From Chiloscyllium plagiosum (lineage: Eukaryota): a stretch of 64,000 nt of DNA. The DNA lies in NCBI RefSeq assembly GCF_004010195.1, contig NC_057719.1:36304585-36368584 (forward strand), in the 5' to 3' direction. Shown here piece after piece: positions 11,576 through 22,351 of this stretch; within the stretch, counting starts at the first letter, position 1; each line of letters opens with the position of its first letter. The notes beneath the pieces are model-generated. The model was not told the origin of the DNA. It saw nothing but the letters and a program-made list of their open reading frames with translations, and searched no databases. Made by a program: the position numbers and the translations under genes.

Positions 11576-11964
11576 CTGTTTCAACGAGTTTTGCTTCTGT
11601 TGTCTAACTTCCGAACTATTCCGTTAGTCACGGGAAAGTCAAACACTATTCCAAATGCTTCATGTGTTTCTATGTAGTTTGAGGAGGGCGCTTGATTGAA
11701 ATCCTAGTTGTGGTTGTAACTCCAGGGAGCATTATTTAGGTTTGAGTTCATGCAGCAGAATTTATACAAACTTATCCACACGGATTCAGGACGTAATTAC
11801 TTGGAGCTTCAAGCGCGAATGGAAACATACAAAACACTTTAAGGGTACCTCTCCCAACCAGTCATCACACAAACAACAGTTTTAACACCAATTGTTCCTA
11901 GATTATACAAAGACCGGAATACACAGAAGTACTGTGGTCGGTTTTGATATAACCGAAATAATCC

Positions 11965-12152
11965 AAACTACTGCGAATGCTGGAAATCTGAAGCAAAACA
12001 GAAATTGATGGAGAGACTCAGCAGGTTTGGTGAAAAAGCAGAGGTTGAGTACGGGACCCTTGTTCAGACCTTCTTCTGACGAAACGCTGATTCCGCTTTC
12101 TGTCCACAGATGATGCCACACCTGCTGAGTTTCTCCAACAGTTTTAGTTTGA
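11965..12152. mobile_element. Old degenerate fold-back PLE-derived repeat
   Basis: Arms actcagcagg / cctgctgagt and aaaacagaaattg / cagttttagttt around a ctgacgaaacg remnant. Related copies at 38440-38552 and 39310-39945. Confidence 0.55.
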
Positions 12153-12864
12153 GATAACTTCGAGCTTCTCTCCGTTCAGCACCGTCCGGAAAATGCGAAC
12201 AGCATTTCATAGCTAATCCCGTGTTTGACTAGTTGATTCATAATCTTTAACAGGCAAATCTCAAATGATAAATGTCCTTCGGATTTTTAATGCGGTAGCA
12301 TTTCTAAGGTTTAGATTCGCGTTTGAAAATGATGTTTAGTACAGTGGAAATGAGAAAGGCACTGCAGTGATAGTGGCATTTAGGAGTTGTGCTCCACTAT
12401 CCTGATAGGGCAACAAACACCGACTGGACATGATTATCTGCATTTTCCTTTTCTCAGAAATATAGCAGCATGAAAGTCTGGTGTCAAAACTCGAATCTCT
12501 GTGTTTAATCAGATCAGCGGGTGGACAGACACCAATTATTTTAATTTATTCCCCTGTTTCTCCGACTTATTCACTGAGTTGATAATGGTATTTTCAGCCT
12601 GAAAATAACCAGAGGCGCCTGTGGAACTTAAACTGCCCGTACCCAACCAGACTGGTCCGCTCAGGAGCAATCTGACAAAGTTCCTGTCTAATGCCTCGAG
12701 ACCATTTCCAAGTTTAAGAGTGCTTTATAAATCAAAGTTGGAGATCAGAATTTGTGCAGTTCTTTCTGAAATTCCTTAATTTTTTTAAAATTTCACCATT
12801 AGTGTCTGTAATTTGTTCCGAACATGTCTCCCCTGTTTAGTAGACATTTTCTATGTTGTTTTGC

Positions 12865-13055
12865 GATGATGTGGAGGTGTCAGAGTTGGACTGGGGTGGA
12901 CAAGGTAAAAGGTCAAACGACACCAGGTAAATCGTCCAACTGGTTTATTTGAAATTGCAAGTTTTCGGAGCTCAATTCTTTCCTCAGGCTCCGAAAGCTT
13001 GCAATTTCAATAAACCCGATGGATTATGACCTGTGGCCGTTTTATTTTTGAACTC
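12865..13055. mobile_element. Fold-back PLE pLTR insert (family 2 relative)
   Basis: Arms ggtttatttgaaattgcaagttttcggagc / gctccgaaagcttgcaatttcaataaacc; TSD gttttgc at 12858-12864 and 13056-13062. Confidence 0.75.
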
Positions 13056-14781
13056 GTTTTGCTCTGGATGATTTGTAAATATACCCCCTTGAGTTTAAAT
13101 GCTGCACTTGACAGAAAAAAAACTCACTTGCATCCAATTTTTCCAAACCTTTCAACACTTTAAACTTCTGTATAACATCCCACTCAATCTATTTGAAGAG
13201 AGAAGAAACTTCTTTAACCGTTCCTAGGATACAACAGCAAGGAGGTTTGTTGAGGTTCACTGTTGACAACCAACATCTGATAACTGGTCAGCATGACTTC
13301 ATTTGCCTCTTTCACTCAACTACAGTAAATCAATAGCCCTCCAGAACCATTCAAACATGGTCCGTTGGAGGCAAGTACAGGGAAACACACTTCCAAATTC
13401 ATGGATTTTCATGGATTTGGAAGAACTCCAGAACTATTTAAAAAGTGGGACCCAATCTGAGATTTTCCACAACCTGCAGTTTTTGATGTAGCAGAATGAG
13501 GGGGTAGATTGTGATATCTTACCCTGCATTCTCAACCTGACCAGCTCCACTGCAAGAGAAGGGTCTCCAAGCACTCTTCCCGCTCCCCTCCCGCCGACCC
13601 CCTCCCACCCCCACCTTCCCCCAACAATGGATTGGTCCAGCTTCTCTGTGATTCATGGTTCACAATCCCTCAGAAGAATGTACCATTGATTTAGAAGCAT
13701 TTCCAAATCTGAATGATCATGGTCCATGTCAGTTCATAGATAAAAATGGGATTGAGTCCTACAAACAATATAGGGATGTAGGAAATAAATTTTAAAAAGC
13801 ATGACTACAAAGACAGTAATCTCAAGATTATTCCCAATGCCTTGTGATACCAAGATCAAGAATAGGAGAATAGACATTGGGACTGATTCTGGGGAAGATA
13901 ACCCCATCAGGCCAAGGGGCATACTATCATAAATTGGGGGAGGGTTTAAACTGGAGTAGAAGACAGATTGAAACCTGAATGGGTTGACAAAAGCAAGGGA
14001 AACAGAGCTGGAAAAGGAAGATCAAAAAGTAGAAAGCAAAACTGGGAAGCAGAGAAAACACAGCCAGCAGCAAATAGAGCTGGAGTATAAAGAAAATATG
14101 TAAAAATGTCAAAAAGATAAGTCCAAAGATATTGTATCCAAATACACAAAAAGCTTATAAGATAGACAAACTTAGAGCACAAGTTGTTGAAATGGTTACG
14201 ATACAATTACAGTTCTGGAGACATGGTTGTAGGGTCTCCAAAGGCTGGGAATTCAACATCCAAGGATTTTAAATCTTTAGGAAGAATGGTCAAAACTAGA
14301 AAGGAGATGAAGTGACATTGAGAGATAAAATCAATGCCAGGTGTGAGAAAGGATATTTACACAGAAAGTCTAGCTATTGAATCAGTCTCGGTGGGCTAAG
14401 AAGCACAAAGGTGCAAAATGTTAGTGGGAGCTGTGTGTAGAACTCCAAACAGTACTTGTGAGGAAAATGATGGCATTTAGCATTAAATTAAAGATGCATA
14501 AACAAGGGTATACATTAATCATGGATGATTTTAAACTGCATATAGACTGAGCAAACCCCATTAGCAATAATTTTGTGGTTGATGAATTCTTGGAATGTGG
14601 ACAAGATTAGACCAGTAAATTGAGGAACAAACTTAGGGCAGATTATCCCAGACTTGTTTGTGCAATGAGTAGGGGTTAGTTAACAATTCTGCCATGAAAG
14701 ATCCTTCAGGAAAAAGTGACCATAATATAACAGTTTTCATGGGAATAAGAAGCGAAATAGTTCATTACAAAACTAGGGGTC

Positions 14782-16495
14782 ATGGAGTCATTGAGATGTA
14801 CAGTGTAGAAACAGACCCTTCAGTCCAACCTGTTCATGCCAAACAGATATCCTAAATAAATCTAGTCCTGTTTGTTAGTACTTGGGCCATATCCATCTAA
14901 ACCCTTCCTATTCATTAGCCATCTTGTTACCTTTTTAAAAGATGCAATTGTACCAGCCCACGCCATTTCCATACACACACCACCCTCTGTGTGAAAAAGT
15001 TCTCCGTTAGGTCCTTCTAAATCTTTCCCTGATCAGCTTAAATCTGTGCCCTCTTGTTCTGGACTCCACTACACTGGGAAAAAAAGACCTGGCTGTTCAC
15101 CCTATCCATGCCCCTCATACATTCTATAAGTTTACCCCTTAGCCTCTGACACTCCAGGGAAAATAGCCCCAGCCTTCCAGTCTCTCAGTACAGCTTAAAC
15201 CCTCCAAACCTGGCAACATTCATGTACAGTAAATCTGATTGGAACCCTTTCAAATTGCATAGCATCCTTCCTATGTCAGAGAGACCAGAATTGAATGCAC
15301 TTTTCCAAAAGTGGCCTAACCAATGTCTTGTACAGCTGCAACATGACATCCCAACTCCTATACTCAATGCACTGATCAAAAAAGGCAAGTGTACCAAACA
15401 CCTTCTTCACTAACATGTCTACCTAGGACTCCACTTTCAAGGAACTATGAACCTGCACTCTGTTATGGACCAGGCCAGCCTCCTTAAAACATTTCAAGAA
15501 GGTAGCCTAAACTCTAACTTCGCTAATTGTTTGAAGCAAGTAGACCGTGGATATTCCAGCAGAAAATCAGCTGGTGAAACCATTTTGTTTTAAACAAAAC
15601 AGAATCTACTTACAAGATTACTGAATGAAACCAAAGAACAGAAAACAGAATACCGAATAACCTATCCTATCCAAAATCACAACAGACCATCCCAACTTAA
15701 TGATGCTGTTCCAAAATACTTGAAACAATCCCCATAAACATCCCCTGGCATAAAAGGTAAAATCAAGACACAAGTCCTTGCAGGATTGAAGTCAGAGAGA
15801 GAGAGGACCAGCCTGAGCTTGCTTCCAGCAGCTTGCCTTCACTACTACTGCAAAAACCAAACCAAACCAGAGAATAGCTGATCCAGGAGAACTGGCCACT
15901 CACTTTCCATTATACAAGTGTATTTTTTTAAAACTTGCAAGCCTTCTGACTGAGGCAGTATCTGTTAGCTATAAACAAATTGGCCTAAAGTCCATCCAAA
16001 CGCAGACTTTCGGAACATTTGTTGTTTACAACCTGTCTGAAAAAAAACAAGGACAACATAACCTTCTCAAAGGAGCAGCTTTGTCATAACTCCAAGGCCT
16101 CGTTGTTCAGTGACACTAAGTGTATATGTCCTGCCCTGATTTGCCTTTCCAAAATATAGCACCTCACATTTATCTAAACTAAACTCCACCTGCCACTTTT
16201 GGCCTACCTTGTCAAGATCCCATTGTACCCTGAGGTAAGCTTCTTTGCTGTCCACTACACAACCAATTTTGGTGTTATCTGCAAACTTGCTAACCATGCC
16301 TCATATATTCAAATCCAAATCATTTATATAAATGACAAAAAGCTGTTGACCCAGCACCAATTTCTGTGGCACATTCTGAAAAGCAACCTTCCAACACTAT
16401 CTTCTGTCTCCTACCTTTGAGCCAGTTCTGTATCCAAATGGCTAGTTCTCCCTGTATTCCATGTGGTCTAACCTTGTTAACCAGTCTAACATGCT
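14782..16495 (-). mobile_element. CR1/HER1 LINE fragment nested in the opposite orientation
   Basis: ORF 16067-16297(-) reads SKFADNTKIGCVVDS...KWQVEFSLDKCEVLYFG; the 3' UTR lies at ~14782-14900. Confidence 0.85.
15461..16090. mobile_element. Probable solo LTR inserted in CR1
   Basis: Termini TGTTATG...CATAAC interrupt the contiguous CR1 sequence gaacctgcactc|caaggc; about 630 bp with no ORF. Confidence 0.65.
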
Positions 16496-17011
16496 TGCAA
16501 ATTTTTAAGGAAACTGGAAAGTTATGACGAGTGAGTTGGCTGCAGTAGACTGAGCAAATTTATTAAATGGCATGGCTGTAATTGAACGGTGGTTAATATT
16601 TAAGGAACATATCCATACATTGCAGCAGCCATTTCATCCAACGAACACAACAGGAAAAATAGCCTAACTATAGTTAACAAAATAAATTAAATATATCATT
16701 AGATCCAAAGAGGAAATATGTAAAGTTCCTCTTAAAAGTAGCAAGCTGGAGGACTGGGAACATTTAGAATTCAGCAGTGGTAGAGAAATAGATTAATTAA
16801 GAGGGGAAAATAGAGTATAAGACTAAACTTACAAGGAACGTGAAAATGGTCTAAGAGTTTATATAACAATGTAAAAAGAAAATTGTTAGTGAAGACAAAT
16901 GTAGGCCCTTCACAATGTGAATAGGAACCATTGATAGTAGAGAATGAGGAAATAGCATAACAATTAAACAACTCTTTTTCTTTTGTCTTCACAGAAGAAG
17001 AACAAATAACT

Positions 17012-17441
17012 GGATGTAAACTTGCTCACTGAACTGGAAGGTTTGCTTTGAGGTGTTTCGTCACCATACTAGGGTAACATCGTCAGTGAGCCTCCGGTGA
17101 AGCACTGGTGGTATGGCCCATACTTTCTATTTATGTGTTTAGGTTTCCTTGGTTGGTGATGTAATTTCTGGTTCTTTCCCTCAGAGGGTGGTAAATGGAG
17201 TCTAAATCAATGTGTTTTATACCCTATCTACCACACTTTGAGAAAATGAACCAGAAGGGATATCACCAGCCAAGGAAACCTAAACACATAAATAGAAAGC
17301 AGGCCTTACTACCAGTGCTTCACCGGAGGTTCACTGATAATGTTACCTCATTTGGTGATGACATATCTGAAAACAAAACTTCCAGCTCAGCAAGCAAACT
17401 TACAAACTTAACCTGAGCTACTAATCTTCTCAAAACTCATT
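17012..17441. mobile_element. Long fold-back PLE insert, family 3, with CTGACGA hammerhead core
   Basis: ~180-bp inverted arms (ctccggtgaagcactggt...tttctatttatgtgtttaggtttccttgg / ccaaggaaacctaaacacataaatagaaa...accagtgcttcaccggagg); TSD agaaca(a/g)ataact at 16999-17011 and 17442-17454. Confidence 0.85.
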
Positions 17442-18329
17442 AGAACAGATAACTTTCCAGAGGTGCTGGGGAAGTAAGAGTCTTTTTGGAGGAGTAATTG
17501 GTGAAAATTAGCATGAGTCCAAAAACAATAGTTCTGGAGAAATGAATGGGATTGAAAGTTAGTAAATCCCCAGGGGCTGATAATTTATATTCCAGGACAC
17601 TGAAGGAGGTTGCAGTGGAAAAGTAGATGTGTTAGTTGTTATTTTCCAAAATTCTATCAATTTTGGACCAATTTTGGCAGATTGGAGGGCAGCAAGTTTA
17701 ATACCATTATTTTAAAATGGAGGGAAAGAGAAAATCAGAAATTGTTGACAGGTTAGTCTAACATCAGTAGCAGGGGAAAGTCTGGAGTCGAATATAAAGG
17801 ATGTGAAAGCAGGGTACTTAAAAATATGAACAGGATTACAGAAGATCAACATGGATTTCTGAAAGGAAATTCATGTTTGACAAACCTATTGAAGCATTTT
17901 AAGGACATAACTAATAGAATAGATGAAGAGGAAACAATCAATGTGGTGTACTTGGATTTTCAGGGAACTTCTGATACCAACCCACATAAGAGATGAAGTT
18001 GCAAATTCAAATCAGGTGGGCTAGGTGGAAGGCAGGCAGGAAACAGAATAAATGGGTCTTTTTCAGAGTTGAAAGCGGTGACCGGGGGATACTGCAGAGA
18101 TCTATGTTTGAGCCACAGCTATTCAACAATTTGAATGAGGGAATATGGTGTAATATTTCCCAGTTTGCTGATTACACAAAATTACTTGGGAGTATGACAT
18201 TACTTGTTAACAACTTGGATAATAGCATAGAAAGTCAAACATCCAATTTTGCTGATGATACAAAGCGAGATGGCATCGTAGATGACAGCATAACATTATC
18301 AAGGTGATATAGATAGATTCTCCAAGAGG

Positions 18330-18900
18330 ACAGAATCTAACCAACTCCACTGACATTCACAATGATACCATTGTTAAATTGTCCATCATCAACTAGTTGC
18401 AGGACTTGGATAGTAGGATGATCACTGATTGAAACTTAAATGGACCAGACACATAAATACAATGTTTCGTGAAAAGGACAATGGCTGCGAGTTTATGATT
18501 AGTCACTCACCTCTTGAGTCCTCAAAGTGTTTTAGTCATTTACAAGGCACAAGTCAGTCGTGTGATAGAATACTTCCCTCTTGCCTGAATGAGTGCTGCT
18601 TCAACATCACTTAAACAGCTCCAGGACAAGGCAGCCAATGTGATTGACATCCTATTCACCATCTTAAATATCCACTTCCTCCACCATCTAGCAAATCATG
18701 ATTGCAACATGTACCATATGTAACAATTTGTCCAAACTGCTTTGACAGCAATTTCCAAACCCATGACCTGTCTACCATGGAAAGGGTAGACTGAACAGGA
18801 AACAACATTTTCCTACTCCTTTCCAAGTCAACACCATCTTGGAGACAGAACACAATTCTTTCATTGTCATGTTGAATCAAAAACTTGTAAATCATTATGA
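18330..18900 (+). mobile_element. Decayed LINE 3' fragment (same family as 1-1200)
   Basis: tacaaggcacaagtcag (YKAQV) and ttgcctgaatgagtgctgc...ccaggacaaggcagcc. Confidence 0.65.
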
Positions 18901-19489
18901 CAATAAGGTTTCTTGAAAGGATTAGTAAAAACATAATATCCAAACTTTAAGTAATGTGAGCAAAGACATCTCTACTTCTATTGCCTGCCATTACAACTGA
19001 CCTTCTGTTGCATTTTCTGAGAATAGACATGAGGAAATTATGAAAGAATTCTGTATTTATCTCTTTCACTCCCTGAATATATAATTACAGGTATTGAATA
19101 TAAACTAAACAGTAACCTTTCTAGTTTCATAGGATAAGTCACTATTCCTGTAAAATGAGTTCTTAGCAGTGAAAATGTCTCATGAAAATCTGTGGCAGGT
19201 AACTAAATTAGAAGAAATTAAAATCTTTCAAGTATATTGTTTATAGACTTTCCAGTTGCTATAAGTTGTAAAAATGTGAACACTTTGTTCTATAACTGGA
19301 TGACCTAATTTTTCTCTTTCTAGAACTGGTAAATCATCTGAGGTTCATTTCCTTGGTAATAGGCAAAGGAAAATGCAACAACAATCCATTGCACCTGTCA
19401 TTAAGTTGACGTTAAATCCAAAAAAAGCAGCATGTCAAATAATCCAGCATCCTTTCATTAACACCTAAATGTCAATACATCCAACTACT

Positions 19490-19815
19490 CCCGGATGTCC
19501 CTGGAGAAGGAGCACGTGGTATCAATCAACACCCTCGCGGTTTTCAGGGAGAGGTGGGCAGCACAGGGTGTAGAGTGTTTACTTCCCCCTCCGATTCTAT
19601 TTTGATTTAGTCCCTGCCCTCTCCTTTCACTTTTTGATTATGCAGTATTGTCCTTTAATGAGAAGGGCACTGCTTGGCACTGGCCACTTGGGTGTTTCCT
19701 TTGTTCCTGATGGTGGAAAATGAACAAAATTTATGCGCTCATTGTTCATTTACTGTGTCCTACACTTGCACACACAATATGGGTGCTGGGAAAAAATAAG
19801 CATTACCGCTGTGAG
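19490..19815 (+). mobile_element. Tx1/L1-clade LINE 3' end
   Basis: Encodes RMSLEKEHVVSINTLAVFRERWAAQGVEC, with the F-x-x-x-W pattern of Tx1-type ORF2 C-termini, followed by a 3' UTR-like segment. Confidence 0.6.
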
Positions 19816-21086
19816 TGCTTACACAGCAATAGTGTGGGTTTTTAAAAAATGCATCCAAATACTCAAGCCCTGTATATGGCTTGAACTGACATCTTTCCAA
19901 CTCGGAGGTGACTACCACTAACTGAGCCAAACCAATATTTTCCAATCCCCCCATTGACATATTTTGATGAAAGTAATCCCAAATTAAGAATTATATGTGA
20001 TAATTTCACTAGCAGATATATTAGCAAAGGTAAACATTTCAGAAAAAATATTTCAAGAGATGACAGAAAACATTACGACTAGTTAAATAAAAACAAAATA
20101 ATGTAGGCATTGGAGATCTAAAATAAAATTAAAATTACTGGGAACATTTAGCAGATCAGCCAGAATCTTTGGAGGGAAGATTTCATGGTTTAGTATGAAA
20201 CCTTCAGTGTTTGATAATGCATTCACAATGGAAAGATATCTCCACATGACTGCTGGCTAGCTCTGTTCTATTTCTATTAATAGAAATGGAAAATATAATG
20301 CATGCTAGATCAATACATGATATATTATTTGCTTTTTGTGATTTTGTAAAATAGTGCAGCAAAACTATCTAATGAAGTGTCAATGAACCTCCAAGGTCAG
20401 GTTGGCAGACAATGAATTCCGATAACAGCAAAGAACAATTTATTGTATTTGAGATCCAGGTGCAGGTCTGCTTCATTCTTCATTTAAGTTTTGCTCTATG
20501 TTTTGATGTAAAAATTGGTGTACAGAGCAAAAGCACTTAACCAAACAAAACTGAAAATGTTAAAGGAAATGCAAGTTTAAGAGTAGGCAATCCAAGCTCG
20601 TTTATTAACCAAATTCAAAATGATATATCCAGTTACATTGTGAAATGCTGTCCGAAAGAATTCAACAAAAGGCACACGCAACACATTGAGACAGGCGAGA
20701 GAATATAATCAATGTTTCTTAATGCATTTTCTTAAACATTCAAATCACTGCTGTTGACATCCAAAAGATAAATTGTAACAACTGATGTGGATTTATATCT
20801 ATTTCAACATCTCAACTGCAATGAAGAAGGAAAACCATCTTGAAGATACAAAAAAAATCATCATACTGCGCACATTACACTGAGGTAAATTACTCCTTAT
20901 CCCTTCATTGCAGAGCCACTTGTTTACTGTCCTATAATAAACAGCTTTGCTTGTCAAGGCTTGCATGTGAAGAAACGCCTTTTAAATAAGGTATTGTGGG
21001 GCTTATGACACCAATGAAATGGCACGATTGAAAGACTCAGTGGCTTCAGGAGAGGATAATGAAAAACAGAGTGAAAATAGAAAAAA

Positions 21087-21335
21087 AGACATACATTTAC
21101 ATGACATGGCTGCAGCACATCTCAAGGTGCTTTACAGCTGATGGAGTGTTTTTGAATTTGTAGCGACTGTTCGAGGAAAAGCAGCACTTAATTTGTGCTG
21201 AATTAGCACCCACAAACAGGTAATCTGCCGATGTGAAAATTAGTGTCAGAGAATCTTTTGCACTCACTTCACAGGCAGATCATTGAATTAAGAATTCATT
21301 CAAAAGGTAGTACAGTTGGTTCTGCTATTACCTGT
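21087..21335 (-). mobile_element. Degenerate DeuSINE fragment
   Basis: aaagacatacatttacatgac...caaggtgctttacagc...cccacaaacag is the reverse complement of the tail and central domain at 10540-11210. Confidence 0.5.
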
Positions 21336-22351
21336 GTTTCTTCAGTGCTAATTTGCTTTATCGTGTTTGAAGAATTTAGACCGTTATTTGTAGAACGTGA
21401 ATTTTCCTTACCATATTGGCTATTATGTGATTCCAGTCCATTAGTTTAGGTATTGCGGTGATTGAGCAATTTTCTTATAATGTGAGACCGCATAAAAATG
21501 GAACTATCGCATTACAACAGAACTGACTCTACCTGGGTACGTTTTTATTTCAAGACCTACTCCAAGAATCCACACCTTCTGACTCCTTAATGTGTTTAAA
21601 TGTTTATTACCAACAATCTATTCATAGTGATTTAGATTTAGGTGTTATTGTCATGTGTACTCAAGTATGGGGTATTTGATGACTCAAGTGACCGACCGCT
21701 GCCGCCTCATCACTGGCTGCTGCCTGCCATTATCCAGGCTCATGCTGGGCGCCAGCTGCTGCTACACTCCGTTATTGCGTTAGCTACCTCGCTGCAGAGT
21801 CCCACACTTGTTATGCTCTGGACATACAGAAGGTGAGCAGAGAAAGAAAAGTACTAAAGAACTAAAGTTGAGTCTGGTGCAATCTGTAGATCTATGCTGA
21901 AGTAGGTAGATTTGTAACTGCAACGTTTTGAATATTTTGAGGAGTCTCCTTTTTCCAGTGTTGTAGTATTCGTGAAATCGGCTTGTCCAAGTCCTAAATT
22001 GTGCTGCCTGCTTTGATTTTGATCTGATGTCCCTTAGTATTTAAAGTATTCTTTGGAAAATTGGACCATCGGATATTTTACTTGAGCTGTCCCTTCTTAA
22101 TCATCTCAGCACCTAATGCAGACTTGACTTCATCATAACTAATTGTTCACTAGTGTTGCAAGATGCCTCAACTTAGTGCTGACATGTCCATTGCCTGTAT
22201 ATCACTAATGTAGCCAGTATAGTTACTGCTTTTATACTTAAAACTTCTTTTGAACACTGTTGCACCATGGAATAGAATTCTCTTCAATTTCAATAGATAT
22301 GGAATCTCTTCAGCCAAAACACTATAGTCACCTCTTTGCATCTCTTTTATG

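Larger units (their letters stand above)
13830..18190 (+). mobile_element. Long decayed CR1 LINE (ORF1 end, APE endonuclease, RT), interrupted by nested inserts
   Basis: Degenerate APE motifs (ETWL at ~14218, IMDDFK for IMGDFN at ~14520, GKSDHN at ~14710) and RT motifs (KSPGAD ~17563, QHGFLKGNSCLTNLL ~17848, VVYLDFQ ~17945, FADYTK ~18165), with many stops and frameshifts. Confidence 0.8.
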
